A stretch of DNA of 64,000 bases from Octopus sinensis (GCF_006345805.1 NC_043007.1:10230001-10294000); one strand, 5' to 3'; shown: positions 1 through 12,270, counted from the first letter of the stretch. The notes: generated from the letters alone by a model not told the origin. Translations and numbers: made by a program.

Positions 1-610
1 GCTGCATTTCGTCCGTATTTATGTGTTCTGAGTTCAAATCCTACCGTGGTTGACTTTACCTTTCATCCTATCGGGGTCGTTAAAATAAGTACCAGTTGAA
101 CACTGGGGCTGATATAATTAACTTAATCCCTCTCCTGAAATTGCTGGCATTGTGCCAACATTTGAAATCTATATTATCAATGCGCGTAAATCGGCGAGCT
201 GGCAGAATCGTTTGCACGCCGGATAAAATGTTTAGCTGCATTTCGTCCGTCTTTACGTTCTGAGTTAAAATTCCTCCGTTTCGGGTCTTTAAAATAAGTA
301 TCAGTTAAACACTGGGGTTGATGTAATCGGTTAACCTCCTGCCCCCAAATTTCAGGCCTTGTGCTCATAGTAGAAGGGATTATTCTGCAAGTGTTGACGG
401 CGGCGAGATGGCAGAATTGCTAGCACGACGGACAAAGTGTTTCGCAGCATTTCGTCAGTCTTTACGTTCTGAGTTCAAATTTCGTCGAAGCGAGTTTGCT
501 TTTCATGTTTCCGAGGTCGATGAAATAAGTACTAGTCGAGCACTGGGGTTGATGTCATTGACCATTTCCCTTCCCTCAAATTTCGGGCCTTGTATCTATA
601 ACAGAATTAT
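1..610 (+). mobile_element. Three adjacent SINE-A copies (tRNA-derived SINE, short-tail subfamily)
   Basis: Head GGCGAGCTGGCAGAATCGTT at ~192 and ~400; B-box-like GAGTTCAAAT; body CTTTCAT..GGGGTCGATAAAATAAGTACCAGT; each ends in an ATT-type tail. Confidence 0.8.
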
Positions 611-661
611 TATCTCAAAGGTTGTTCTGAAATTAGTAAACCTCTCAGAGTGTATATAATA

Positions 662-1216
662 TTGGGTTGTCCGGAAAGTGCGTGCCAATTTTTAAAGGAA
701 AGAAAAAGGTCAATAAATACTTGCCATTATATTTTTAATCAACCAAATATGAACCATTTTGTTGCACAATGCATCTCCATCTTTCCTTTAACTTGAAAAT
801 ACCCTCTTCCCAGAATTGAGGAGGTTTCATGGCAAAGAATTCATCAAAGTATCTTTTTACGTCATCCAAGGAATTGAAATTTTTACCATTGCAGAGGCCC
901 GAATAAGTGGAAATCTGAAGGAGCAATATCTGGTGAATATGAAAGGTGGGGTAATACATCTCAGCCGAGCTGCAGCAATTTTTGTTTGGTTCCCAAAGCA
1001 TTAAGTGCCGAAAATGAACTTTCTTATCTTCCAATTTAAAGGGTTACAGGATTAACACAGGTTATAGGAACATAAACCTTCCGCCACGAAAAGATAGCTT
1101 AAACTGTGCTCTAAATGGAGGTGTAGTCAAATTTTATTTTATGGACTCAACCATGTTCTAAAATAAGTCGAAAGGTAAGCTACTATAAATCGGCACGAAC
1201 TTTCCGGACAACCCAA
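662..1216 (-). mobile_element. Internally deleted mariner element
   Basis: TIRs TTGGGTTGTCCGGAAAGT (662) and ACTTTCCGGACAACCCAA (ends 1216) with TA on both sides; transposase N-terminus MEDKKVHFRHLMLWE joined to C-terminus FWEEGIFKLKERWRCIVQQNGSY. Confidence 0.9.
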
Positions 1217-1224
1217 TACTTTCT

Positions 1225-1420
1225 ACTATATACTTTCTACTATCGGCACAAGGTCTGGAGGATAGTCGATTGCATCGACCCCAGTTCTCAATCAGAACTG
1301 AATTTATCAACCCCGAAAATATGAAAGGCAAAGACGACCTCGGTGGCATTTGAACTCAGAATATATACACGGAAGAAATGCCGTTAAGTATTTTGTCTAG
1401 TGCGGTTACGATCCTGCTAG
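1225..1420 (-). mobile_element. SINE-A copy, degenerate
   Basis: Reverse complement of SINE-A body (CGACCCCAGT..TTTATCAACCCCGAAA..ATGAAAGGCAAAG..TTTGAACTCAGAA). Confidence 0.7.
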
Positions 1421-1789
1421 CTCGCTTGTCAAGTTCTTTATAATACCCATGAAATGAAGAAATAAACAAAGAAAATTGAAAGTAAAATGTAGCCATTTTG
1501 ACATCATAAAAGACAATTTCCTAAATGTAATAGTCCAACATATTTTGCTTTAAGTAATTTCTATGTCTCTGTTTAAACAGAGCGCTTATGAGAAAACACC
1601 ATAATTTTTTTCCTTTACATGATAAAAACGGACTGTTTAAAAAGATTAATGGTAATGCATGTGATGAGGGGCGCATGCAGCCATTCATAACACCATTGTT
1701 ATATAATCATCCCAATCATATTCGTTCTATGTATTGTCCCCGCTGTGGTGTCCTGTCTGTCCTTGTTTGTCCTAATCTATATCGAGACC

Positions 1790-2065
1790 TTGTGGCTAAT
1801 AAAGAAATCTATATTCAGCAATCCATATATCCATTTTTTGCGGCCCACTGTTCCTGGGAATGTTGTGGGGATAGAGTCCTCAAACTCCATAGGGTCCTAT
1901 CAGAAGCAATTGTCATTATATTTCCTGCTGACTTCAAAGCGCGACCAATTGAATTTAGGGATATTATCCAATTATTTTGTTGGTCTATCCGTTGGTCGCC
2001 TGCCGGTTAGCTCGGTTTGAAGAATCCGCCTTGCGATTCTTTCCTGCAATAATCTAATCACTGTA
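1790..2065 (-). pseudogene. Possible 3' remnant of an RTE-like LINE ORF
   Basis: Minus-strand translation ERIARRILQTELTGRRPTDRPTK*LDNI resembles the G-R-P-x-G-R-P C-terminal motif of RTE-type ORFs; stops present. Confidence 0.4.
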
Positions 2066-2083
2066 AGTTATAGTAACTTACAG

Positions 2084-2504
2084 CAAGGCGGCGAGCTGGC
2101 AGAAACGTTAGCGTGCTGGGCGAAATGCTTAGCGGTATTTCGTCTGCCGTTACGTTCTGAGTTCAAATTCCGCCAAGGTCGACTTTGCCTTTCATCCTTT
2201 CGGGGTCGATAAATTAAGTACCAGTTACGCACTGGGGTCGATGTAATCGACTTAATCTGTTTGTCTGTCCTTGTTTGTCCCCTCTGTGTTTAGCCCCTTT
2301 GTGGGTAGTAAAGAAATAGGTATTTCGTCTGGCTCTCTGCGTTCTGAGTTCAAATTCCGCCGAGGTCAACTTTGCCTTTCATCCATTCGGGGTCGATAAA
2401 TTAAGTACCAGTTACGCACTGGGGTCGATATAATCGACTTAATCCGTTTGTCTGTCCTTGTTTGTCCCCTCTATGTTTAGCCCCTTGTGGGCAATAAAGA
2501 AATA
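2084..2504 (+). mobile_element. SINE-A dimer (one head plus two ~185-bp body units)
   Basis: 15-bp TSD TATAGTAACTTACAG at 2069-2083 and 2505-2519; body re-entry AAAGAAATA|GGTATTTCGTC at 2318/2319. Confidence 0.9.
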
Positions 2505-2686
2505 TATAGTAACTTACAGGATTTGGTTATCAATGGGAACATTTCAGTGACAGTTTGTGTTTTGCTTTTCGTCCAATCAGTTAGCCCCTTGTCAACCTTA
2601 TTAAGGAAATGCAAATGTTACATGATAAAATCTGCAGATGAAAGAAAACTTCATGTCATCCACAACGTAGTTTTTTGTTGTTGGTG

Positions 2687-3290
2687 ATCTTACAATGTAC
2701 TCGATTAATATTCACACCATCAAGAGACTCTTAAAATTGGTCACAAAATTCTCGCGGGACAAAGAAACGGAGTTCGGTGAGGATAAATGTTCATATTTGA
2801 TAGTCAAACTAGGAAAGATTGTCTACCGGGCAAGGAATATCGATACTAATGGTTTATTTCCCCAATCGTCGGTGATAGATGTTAAAAATATACGGGACTT
2901 AACGAGAACATAGTAAATGTTGGTTTTGTGAGTAAAGCTAGAGTAACAAAACGTACTTCAGCAGATATAGAACGATATAGAAGTCATAGCTGCCTGTATT
3001 ACATTAAGCCATATTGCTTGGTGCTTTGGCAGTGCCTCTGCTTTTACAAGCATTTGGGATACTAGTCTGGGCACTTGAAGAAATCTGAAACATGGACATC
3101 AGAGCTAGGAAGATACAAATAACATCTGACAACTTCCACATCAACAGTGACACTGACAAGATACATGCTAAACAGAATGGTGGAGGTAGAGGTATAAGAA
3201 CATGCTAGGCAGCCTTTGAGTATCGCATCGTGTCATCTAGACAACAGATGTTGAACAGAAAAGAATGAAATGAAAACATCATATGTATAA
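2687..3290 (+). pseudogene. Old R4/Dong-like LINE, RT segment (part 1)
   Basis: Translations TKFSRDKETEFGEDKCSYL and DTDKIHAKQNGGGRG match the FGxDKC and DRLY..GGRG motifs seen in the Dong ORFs at 50-52 kb; stops and frameshifts. Confidence 0.7.
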
Positions 3291-3585
3291 CACTGGTCAA
3301 CAAAATAAATATTTCATTCTCTGGCATAAAATCTTAGAACTGTTTTAGACTAATTTTTGGGTGCTGATTTCAAAATTGACCGGAGATTTGCTCTCCCACA
3401 TCACATTTTTGTGCCATCAGTATATACTTTTATTTACCTAAATCATAGCAAAGTTAACTTTGCACCACTATTTGCGGGATTTCCGGTTGGATTGTCATGC
3501 TAATTTTGAATATGTTCAAACTGAATTTTGTTTCAAAACCCTTTTTCGTCTTTTCAAATGTGAACTGACCCACGGTGATCTAGCT

Positions 3586-5150
3586 ATGGATACAACATCA
3601 AAAAGAAGAAGGAAGTGCTGCAATGACCCCTATATTATCTGTTACGTCTGTTAAACTTCACCCCACAGGCTCAAAGGCGCAACATTAGTAACTTTGTCAA
3701 AAAAGCACTTGGAGACCAGTACAAAATCTAGGCTCCCCACAAAGTTTGCAAAACCTGTCTTGAAACTTTGCAATTATGGTCTCAAGGAAAGAATGCGAAG
3801 CTGAAGTTTGGTATACCAATGGTTTGGAGAGAACCAATTAACCATGTGGATAACTATTACTTCTGTCTTGTTAATGTAAAAGGGTTCAATACGAAAACCA
3901 AACGATACTTGCAATACCCAGACAACCCATCTATCTGTTGAGAGTTGCACAATCCGGGGAAATACATATGCCCGTATTTATTGAGCTGCCACAGATCGAT
4001 GATGAAACCCTCAATTCACTTACTACTAATAAAAATGAACAGTTTATGCCATCTGATGCAAGCTGTGATAATATTTCTCTGTTTAGTCAGCCTGAATTGA
4101 ATGATCTGGTTAAGAATTTGAATTTGCCAAAGCAGTCTGCTGAATGGTTGGCTTACAGGCTGCTAGAGAAAAGACTGCTGAAGTCTGGCACTTGTATTTC
4201 CATTTGTCATAACAGAAAAGCAGAACTTCCATTCAGATGGTCAGTTTGTTTATTGTAATGATGTTGAAAGGCTTCTTCTCACTATGGGACTGCCGGCATA
4301 TGATTCACGTGAATGGAAACATCTTATTGTTAGCTCTAAAAGTAGCATGGAATGTGTTTTACTTCACAACGGGAATTTGTATGGCTCAACCCAAACAGAA
4401 CATTATAAAAATGAAAGAGGAGTGTGCAATCATCAAAACTGTTCTGGAGAGATCGCACTATCATGTTCATGGATGGGCAATTTGTGTCGATTTGATAATG
4501 GTAAACCTACTGGGCCAGCAAGGAAGTTACACTAAGTACCCTTTTTCCTGTGCTACTGGGACAGTAAGGCTACAAAAGATCACTGTATGAAAAAAGAATG
4601 TCCCCCAAGGAACAGTTTGACGCCGGGTGACAAGAACATCATTAATGACCCTCTGGTTGATAGGAAAAACATCGTCTTCCTCCCACTGCACATAAAATTT
4701 CAAAGTTCTTGATCACAGTGGAGGTATATAAATGTACAACTTTCCAAGTCTCATTGACGAGAATAAGAAGACAGGGATATTTAACGGAACTCAAATAACA
4801 TTCTTCAGAGATCCAAATTTTGTTATGACAATGAGTGCAGTGGAGGTTAGAGCTTGGGATGCCTTCTCTAATGTGGTGCAGAATTTCTTTGGGAACAGAA
4901 AATCTGACAACTATCAAGAGATTGTGGAGAGGCTGCTCTTGAGTTTGCAAGCTCTTGGATGTAGAATGAACATCAAATTGCAGTACTTACACAGTCACTT
5001 ATGTGAGTTCCAGAGAACCTGGGTGATGTTAGCGAAGAACAAGGTGAACGATTTCATCAAGACGTAAAAGTAATGGAAGAACACTACAAAGGCCAATGGA
5101 ACTCCAACATGATAGAAGATTATTGATGGAACTTGATTAAAGACATTCTA
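3586..5150 (+). pseudogene. Chapaev3-like transposase pseudogene
   Basis: Fragments MDTTSKRRRKCCNDPYIICYVC, APHKVCKTC, PMVWREPINH, FSQPELNDLV, VLLHNGN, LLGQQGSYTKYP, GIFNGTQI, AWDAFSNVVQNFFGN, LQYLHSHL; many stops and frameshifts. Confidence 0.75.
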
Positions 5151-5179
5151 GAAGCTGTGCATGAAAGATCGTCAAAAGA

Positions 5180-5585
5180 GAGGGCAGAATCGTTAGCATG
5201 CCAAGCGAAATGCTTAGCGGTATTTCGTCTGCCGTTACGTTCTGAGTTCAAATTCCGCAGAGGTCGACTTTGCCTTTCATCCTTTCGGAGTCAATTAAAT
5301 AAGTACCAGTTATGCACTGGGGTCGATGTAATCGACTTAATCCGTTTGTCTGTCCTTGTTTGTCCTCTCTGTGTTTAGCCCCCTGTGGGTAATAATGAAA
5401 CAGGTATTTCGTCTGCCGTTACGTTCTGTGTTCAAATTCCTCCGAGGTCGACTTTGCCTTTCATCCTTTCAGGGTCGATTAAATAAGTACCAGTTACGCA
5501 CTGGGGTCGATGTAATCGACTTAGTCCCTTTGTCTGTCCTTGTTTGTCCCGTCTATGTTTAGCCCCGTGTGGGCAATAAAGAATT
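5180..5585 (+). mobile_element. SINE-A dimer nested in the Chapaev3-like element
   Basis: Body units start with GGTATTTCGTC at 5219 and 5403 (184-bp period). Confidence 0.85.
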
Positions 5586-5875
5586 AAAAATAATATGATC
5601 AGAATGAATGACCACAATGAATAGAGATTTTGTATTCATATTTTATTACCACCAAGCTTAATTCTTACATGCTAATGTGCATTTATTCCTCCTACAACTT
5701 TGTGTTTTTATTTACTAGATTAAAAAGAGACATATTGTCTATTAAAAATTGTATCTACGTATGTTTAATTCTTCCTTTATGAACATTAAATCGCTGTTTC
5801 TAGCAAAACTAAAGCAAAATTAGCTAAAAACCATCGATAAACCTTATGCTAGAAAACGTGTGTTGACCGGTGTAA

Positions 5876-6335
5876 TCAACAGTGAAATTAATAACATCGT
5901 GGGATTAGGCGAAGAACTCCTGAACAGTTACTCTGTGTGTACAGTTGTTCCTTATAAACCAAGGCTTTCTGAACTGATTTACTTCAACAGAGACTTGAAA
6001 GCAACATTGATAGAGAATTGATAGCCTCTCTTATATCTGCGACAAATACACCGTATCTCACCTAGAAGGCTACGCCTTTGCTATCCATGATCAGGAAATA
6101 GTCATTAAATATCTGGTCAATAAGAGAGATAAAGTTGTTTCTAGACGCTGCGTTGTGATAGAGGATGTGAATTGTACAAATCAGTGTAGAAGATATCACC
6201 CTTATCAACAGCTGTTTAAAAAGCATTGTAAGATATTACCTTCCTATGAGACAAGACATTCTCGCTAAAACCGTGTACAATGCTATACACACAAAGGCTT
6301 GTTGTAACAGATATACCAAAGGCACACCTTTAAAA
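5876..6335 (+). pseudogene. Old R4/Dong-like LINE, zinc-knuckle segment (part 2)
   Basis: Translations FAIHDQEIVIKYL and YYLPMRQDILAKTVYNA resemble the AxQDQ and RHD motifs of restriction-like-endonuclease (RLE) LINEs. Confidence 0.6.
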
Positions 6336-6339
6336 AATA

Positions 6340-6728
6340 CTAGCAGTATCGCCCGGCGTTGCTCGGGTTTGTTTCGACACTTTAGAATTGGAATTTTTGA
6401 AAAGTAAAAATTTTGCATTATGTAGCTTGTTATTCTCTTTAAGTGAACATTTTTCTGGTTGAAATACACCGAAAATGGCGACACAGCAGTAAAAAATCAT
6501 AAAAAAATAGGGATTTTCATAGAAAAGAGTACCTTTTTAATGTAAATAATTTTTGGTGTTAACATGGTCCGATTTGAATTTTTTCTTCTACGAAAGGAAG
6601 AGCAAGCCTTCTTCTATCATACTCGCAATTTTGGTTAATTTGCACCGCAGGGTCTCGGGGGAGATTAATGTTAGTTGAAGGCTATCAAACCTGCCATACA
6701 CAGACAAGTTCAGCTTTATATATAGAGA
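6340..6728 (-). mobile_element. Non-autonomous Helitron, family 2
   Basis: 5' TCTCTATATATAAAGCTGAA; 3' hairpin CCCGAGCAACGCCGGG followed by CGATACTGCTAG|T; homologous to 15733-16124. Confidence 0.85.
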
Positions 6729-6949
6729 AATTGGTGGAACATTCCAGTATAAAAAGAAATCCGGTACAAGCCTAGGCTAGCGGTGGCCTGCGCTTGGGCA
6801 GTTCCTGTGCATATGAACTTTCTCCAGCAGCCTCTATATGATTTGACTGAGCCATCTCCTCCCCTTCTGCCGTTAATTAGAATGCTGGAACTTTGACTAC
6901 CATAACTAGACTTGGAATAAATACTAGAGTGGTTCCCCGTTGCCTTCAC

Positions 6950-7225
6950 CAGTTAGGTGGGATTTGAACTCAGAACGCAGAGAGCCAGACGAAATACCTA
7001 TTTCTTTACTACCCACAAGGGGCTTGACACAGAGGGGACAAACAAGGACAAACAAACGGATTAAGTCGATTACATTGACCCCAATGCGTAACTGGTTCTT
7101 AATTTATCGACCCCGAAAGGATGAAAGGCAAAGTCGACCTCGGCGGAATCTGAGCTCAGAACGTAACGGCAGACGAAATACGGCTACGCATTTCGCCCGG
7201 CGTGCTAATGTTTCTGCCAGCTCGC
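6950..7225 (-). mobile_element. SINE-A with partial second body unit
   Basis: Head at ~7225; re-entry junction AAAGAAATA|GGTATTTCGTC at 6998/6999. Confidence 0.85.
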
Positions 7226-7284
7226 AGCCAGACGACATACCATAAAGCATTTCTGACGATGCATCAACGATTCTGCCACTCTCC

Positions 7285-7415
7285 CACCAGCAGCGCAACG
7301 TGAAATAGAGTGTTTTGCTCAAGAGCACAACGCAGCGCCCAGTCCTGAAACCGAACCTACGATCTAGAGATCGTGATTGCGACACCCTAATCGCTTGGCC
7401 ACGCGCTTTCACAAT
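7285..7415 (-). mobile_element. SINE-B head (tRNA plus CORE-like domain)
   Basis: Reverse strand GCGTGGCCAAGCGATTAGGGTG..GGTTCGGTTTC..GTTGTGCTCTTGAGCAAAACACT; homologous to 22926. Confidence 0.6.
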
Positions 7416-7419
7416 AAGC

Positions 7420-8150
7420 CAAATATTGTTGTACGAAACAAGGAACAAAAGTCATGCATTGTTGTAGAGATCAGCTGCCTAGATGTGGAATGCCTCATAA
7501 AAATATAGGAGAAACGAAGAATATCTATGGAGAACCAATGAGAAGCCTATAGGTCTTTTCTCTGGGTACAATATTTCCTCTTGTACCTGTTATGTTATGT
7601 ACTTGTGACGGCGTTCACCCAGGGCGGGTTGAGCCGGCTTCTTCTCTCATAGAAGAGGTTGCGTGGGAATATTGAATTCACAAGCGGTCCCCGACATCCC
7701 GCATGCATATCCCGAGTGACGGGACGCCCTGTTTGCCGCAGAGCCTCCAAAGACGCAGGGACAGAACGACCTCGAAGCCGCCGGTTGCCGATCAGACGCC
7801 TCTTGGAATTTTCACCAGAGCCCCGTTGGCCAGGCTGCGGCCCTAATACCGCTCGGTGCCAGACCAATCCGCCTTGAGTGGCCCTACCAGGAACCGAAGT
7901 TCCCGACGGCATAGCTCTGACACTGCCCGTTTACACCACCCCACCGCTTTGAGGAGGGGTTGGGCTTTAGGGTAGTTATGTTATGTACATTGGGTTAAGT
8001 AATAGATCTGTGTAAAAAAAAAAAACTGCTTGAATTCTCTAAAATGTTTGTATTCTCTGAAATAGAACCGTGCAACCTGGTTCGCAGATCAGAGGAACAG
8101 TAAACATTGAAGAGCATTCTAGGAATTCCTCATTTAAGTTTTCTGAGCTG
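7420..8150 (+). pseudogene. Old R4/Dong-like LINE, RLE segment (part 3), split by a 372-bp insert
   Basis: NKPNIVV..IVVEISC; removing the insert restores VPVMLCTLG*V; then QIRGTVNI. Confidence 0.55.
7603..7974. other. GC-rich 372-bp insert of unknown family
   Basis: 14-bp direct repeat GTTATGTTATGTAC at 7589-7602 and 7975-7988 flanks it. Confidence 0.75.
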
Positions 8151-8637
8151 CAAATATGCACACTATCGCACGCACACATACTTACTCACACACACACACA
8201 CATACACACACAAGCACACAGACATACACAATACTCTCTCTCTCACACACACACCCAATTAGTAACGAAGCATACACACTTGTGTACTTAAGAGACGTGC
8301 ACACCCGCTACGAGAGCGCTAACCAGCCGCCGCAGGGTGCTCATAACTGCAATACCGTGTACAGATGATGTCGACACTTCACTCTACGTAAGTTTAATTA
8401 GTCAGCTAGAATGAAAGCATGTTTAGTGCTCTCGGTAGTAATTCAAAATATTTGGTATTCTGTTTCAAATTGTTGAAAAATTTTTACGGAGAAATTATTT
8501 GAGCCGAACGTAAGGAATGTCACTAGTGGCACTACTATTTCAAATTGGAGAAGAACATTAACCGATGATTATCTCAAATATGAACGATAGTCCAAGTCAA
8601 AGAACTTACAGTTACATTGTGAAAGTGCGTGGAGGGA

Positions 8638-9053
8638 GGATCTTTTCGGTTTGAACGGCAGTTTTTAAAAATCATTTCCACGTAACTAAACACTTTTAAA
8701 CTTCGTATACTGGTAGAATGTGTTTATAAAACATCTTTTTCTCTTGGCTTTATTGAGAAAATTCTATAGTTTGTAAGATATTTGTTGTTTTTTTTCTTCA
8801 ATTTCTGCAATTTCAACCAATCAATGACGTCTATTCAGGTGAAAACATTCTGTGCCATATGAATATGTCCATCGTTTAAGAAACAGATTGGGTTTATTTA
8901 CATTTCTGAAGAAAAAAAGATACCTTTCCCCCACCCCTAACCCTAACCCTAAAACAGATTGAAATGCAATAGATCGATACTAGGGTCATAATTATGGGTG
9001 ACAATTTCATATGACACCGCTAGAAAAAACTGCCGTTCAAACCGAAAAGATCC
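8638..9053 (+). mobile_element. MITE-F: GGATC-terminated TIR element with 8-bp TSD and internal CCCTAA repeats
   Basis: TIR GGATCTTTTCGGTTTGAACGGCAGTTTTT / AAAAACTGCCGTTCAAACCGAAAAGATCC; TSD TGGAGGGA / TGCAGGGA (7/8). Confidence 0.9.
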
Positions 9054-9081
9054 TGCAGGGAAACGTGAAAATTGTCATCTG

Positions 9082-9167
<86 letters not shown>

Positions 9168-9780
9168 ACACACACATCGCAGACTCTACTGTTGTAGACA
9201 GATGAAGGTTCGACAATTACATAAACGTAAACCTTGGACCTTTAACTAGCAAAGTTTTCGGGTTGCTGTCGTGACATGCGACGACGTGTTTTGGGCATTT
9301 TAAATCTGCTGGCACTCATCACCAGTTCCTTGACCACAGTCGGTTTCTTGGGAAAAAGAGAAAGAAGAGAAAGAAAGAGAAGAACGAATCCCAGTTATAG
9401 GACGATATTTTATATATCAATCCAGGAAGTGGAAGAGAAATGTTATTGACCCGCTTGGTTATTGAACTCAGAACACAAAAGAACCGGAACAAATCAAACT
9501 AAGAAATCTCTTTGTCCTCTAACGGATGTCAATTCGCCAATGGAAATTTATAACTTCCCCCCCCCCACACACAAAGACACATATTTATGTAAGTGTATGT
9601 ATGTGGATACGAGTGCCTGCGCGTGATTAAATTCGTGCGTGTATGTTTGTAAGTAATACCTACTCAAAATTTGTAATACGAATATGTTCAAATCACAACA
9701 CACGATCTCATGAATCCACTTATCTAAGTCCGATTGAGGAATTATATTTCTAAGTGTATAAAGTATTTATGTAATTATTA

Positions 9781-10145
9781 GTGGAGGCGCAATGGACTCG
9801 CGGTCATAGGATCGCGGTTTCGATTCGCAGACCGGGCGTTGTGAGTGTTTATTGAGCGAAAACACCTAAAGCTCCACGAGGCTCCGGCAGGGGATGGTGG
9901 TGATCCCTGCTGTAATCTTTCACCACAACTTTCTCTCACTCTTACTTCCTGTATCTGTTGTACCTGTATTTCAAAGGGCCGGCCTTGTCACTCTCTGTGT
10001 CACGCTGAATATCCCCGAGAACTACGCTAAGGGTACACGTGTCTGTGGAGTGCTCAGCCACTTACACGTTAATTTCACGAGCAGGCTGTTCCGTTGATTC
10101 GGATCAACCGGAACCCTCGTCGTCGTAACCGACGGAGTGCTTCCA
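9781..10145 (+). mobile_element. SINE-D (tRNA-like head with small deletion)
   Basis: GTGGAGGCGCAATGG..GGTTTCGATTC..GGAGTGCTTCCA; repeat TTATGTAATT at 9767-9776 and 10146-10155. Confidence 0.9.
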
Positions 10146-10422
10146 TTATGTAATTGTTTGTTTGTTTGTTTGTTTGTTTGTTTGTTTGTTTGTTTGTATG
10201 TATGTATGTATGTATGTATGTATGAATGTATGTATGTATGTATGTATGTATGTGCGTGCGTGCGTGCGTGCGTGTGTGTGTGTATTTTGTAATGTAGTTT
10301 GAGTGTATGTATAAGTTTATATGTGTGTATTAAAGTATGTTGCATTTGCTATAGATTTGGTTCTACGTTTGTGTGAATATATTGCCATGTGTGCATATGT
10401 TTGCGTGTGAATTTGCCTATGA

Positions 10423-10600
10423 GAAGGCGGCGAGCTGGCTGAAACGTTAGCACGCCTGGTGAAACGCTTAGGTCGACTTTGCCTTTCATCCTTTCGAGGT
10501 CGATTAAATAAGTACCAGTTACGCACTGGGGTCGATATAATCGACTTAATCCCTTTGTCTGTCCTTGTTTGTCCCCTCTATGTTTAGAAATGTTAGCACG
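10423..10600 (+). mobile_element. SINE-A copy with internal deletion
   Basis: AAGGCGGCGAGCTGG head and AGGTCGACTTTGCCTTTCATCC body; the 3' end re-enters head sequence (AGAAATGTTAGCACGCC). Confidence 0.8.
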
Positions 10601-10602
10601 CC

Positions 10603-11216
10603 GGTGAAACGACTTCGCGAGAATGGAGAGAAGAGCAGATGTCAACTCGGGATTTGCGGTTGCTTTCGGACAATTCATGAAGCACCCATTTTCCAAGTTT
10701 AGGAACTTTTCCAAGTTGTTGAAGATGACGATGAACAGTTGTATGGTTTAAACTAAGCTTTATTGCCAATTCTTCAACTGAAACTGTAGGATTTTCTTCA
10801 AGCAATGCCTCAAGGAGCTTATCATCAAACTCAACTGGACGTCCTGTTCGATCTTCATCTCCAAGACTGAAATCTCAACTTCTGAATTTTGCAAACCATC
10901 TTCTGCAAGTTCTTTCATTCAAACATTCTTTCCCATAAACTAAGAGTATGTTTCGAGTTGCTTCGGCTGCAGAGTTTCCCTTTTTGTACTTATAAAGCAT
11001 TATGCGCCTTAAATGCTCTTTGGATACTTCCATGTTAGAAAGGATTTTAATCAAAGAAATTTTAATTCGATTATTCTGTAAAATAATATTTAATTAGTTT
11101 AAATGTACTCAAATGCATAAAAATAATTTTAAATTCCATTAGACATTCTAAAATACAATTAAATTTCATTCAATTTTAAAAAAGGTAAAGTCGGACAGAA
11201 CTTATGGGATGACCTG

Positions 11217-11217
<1 letters not shown>
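10603..11217 (-). mobile_element. 5' half of a mariner element
   Basis: TIR TCAGGTCATCCCATAAGTTCTGTCCG next to TA; MEVSKEHLRRIMLY..LEENPTVSVEELAIKL..GKWVLHELS (HTH and WVPHEL-like motif). Confidence 0.9.
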
Positions 11218-11255
<38 letters not shown>

Positions 11256-11453
11256 TAAATATGTGTGTGTGTGTATGCGTGTAATATAATACAATAAATA
11301 TATCATGCACACACACACATTCATATATATATACATACATACACATATATATATTATATATATATATATGTATAATATATAATAATATATATATATATAT
11401 AATATATATATTATATATATATATATTATATATATAATATATATATATATAAT

Positions 11454-11510
<57 letters not shown>

Positions 11511-11577
11511 TATGTATGTATGTATTATGCGTGTATAATATATTTATTGTATTGTATTATATCGCATACATAATTCT

Positions 11578-11613
<36 letters not shown>

Positions 11614-11632
11614 ATATATAATTATATATATA

Positions 11633-11678
<46 letters not shown>

Positions 11679-11754
11679 AATATATGTATGTATGTATTAT
11701 GCGTGTATAATATATTTATTGTATTGTATTATATACGCATACATAATTCTTTAC

Positions 11755-11789
<35 letters not shown>

Positions 11790-11833
11790 ATATATATATA
11801 TAATATATATATGTATATATATATAATTATATA

Positions 11834-11913
<80 letters not shown>

Positions 11914-11987
11914 TATGTATGTATGTATGTATTATGCGTGTATAATATATTTATTGTATTGTATTATATACGCATACATAATTCTTT

Positions 11988-12025
<38 letters not shown>

Positions 12026-12212
12026 TATATATGTATATATTTATACATATATATGTATGAATGTGTTTATGCGCGCGCGCACACACACACATACATATGT
12101 ATGAATGTGTATACACAAACACACACACACACTTATATATGAATGTATGTATGTATATACACACGCACATGAAAACATACATATATGTGTGTATAAGTGT
12201 GTGTGTGTGTGA

Positions 12213-12268
<56 letters not shown>

Positions 12269-12270
12269 TT
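11218..12270. repeat. Compound (TA)n/(GA)n/(CA)n/(GT)n microsatellite block with a three-copy ~70-bp core
   Basis: Core TATGTATTATGCGTGTATAATATATTTATTGTATTGTATTATA..CGCATACATAATTC at ~11511, ~11683 and ~11915. Confidence 0.9.

Larger units (their letters stand above)
3291..5872 (+). mobile_element. Complete, decayed Chapaev3-like (CMC) DNA transposon
   Basis: TIRs CACTGGTCAACA (3291) and TGTTGACCGGTG (ends 5872), 11/12 match; TAA at 3288-3290 and 5873-5875; family name from recalled motifs. Confidence 0.75.

Noticed and set aside
1588-2010. 140-aa plus-strand ORF
   Set aside because: It includes a SINE-A tail fragment and overlaps an antisense LINE-like remnant; no recognisable domain.
7951-8160. 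Polypurine tract plus LTR start (GAGGAGGGG..TGTTATGT)
   Set aside because: No second LTR or PBS; the repeat is better explained as a 14-bp TSD and the downstream sequence continues the R4-like frame.
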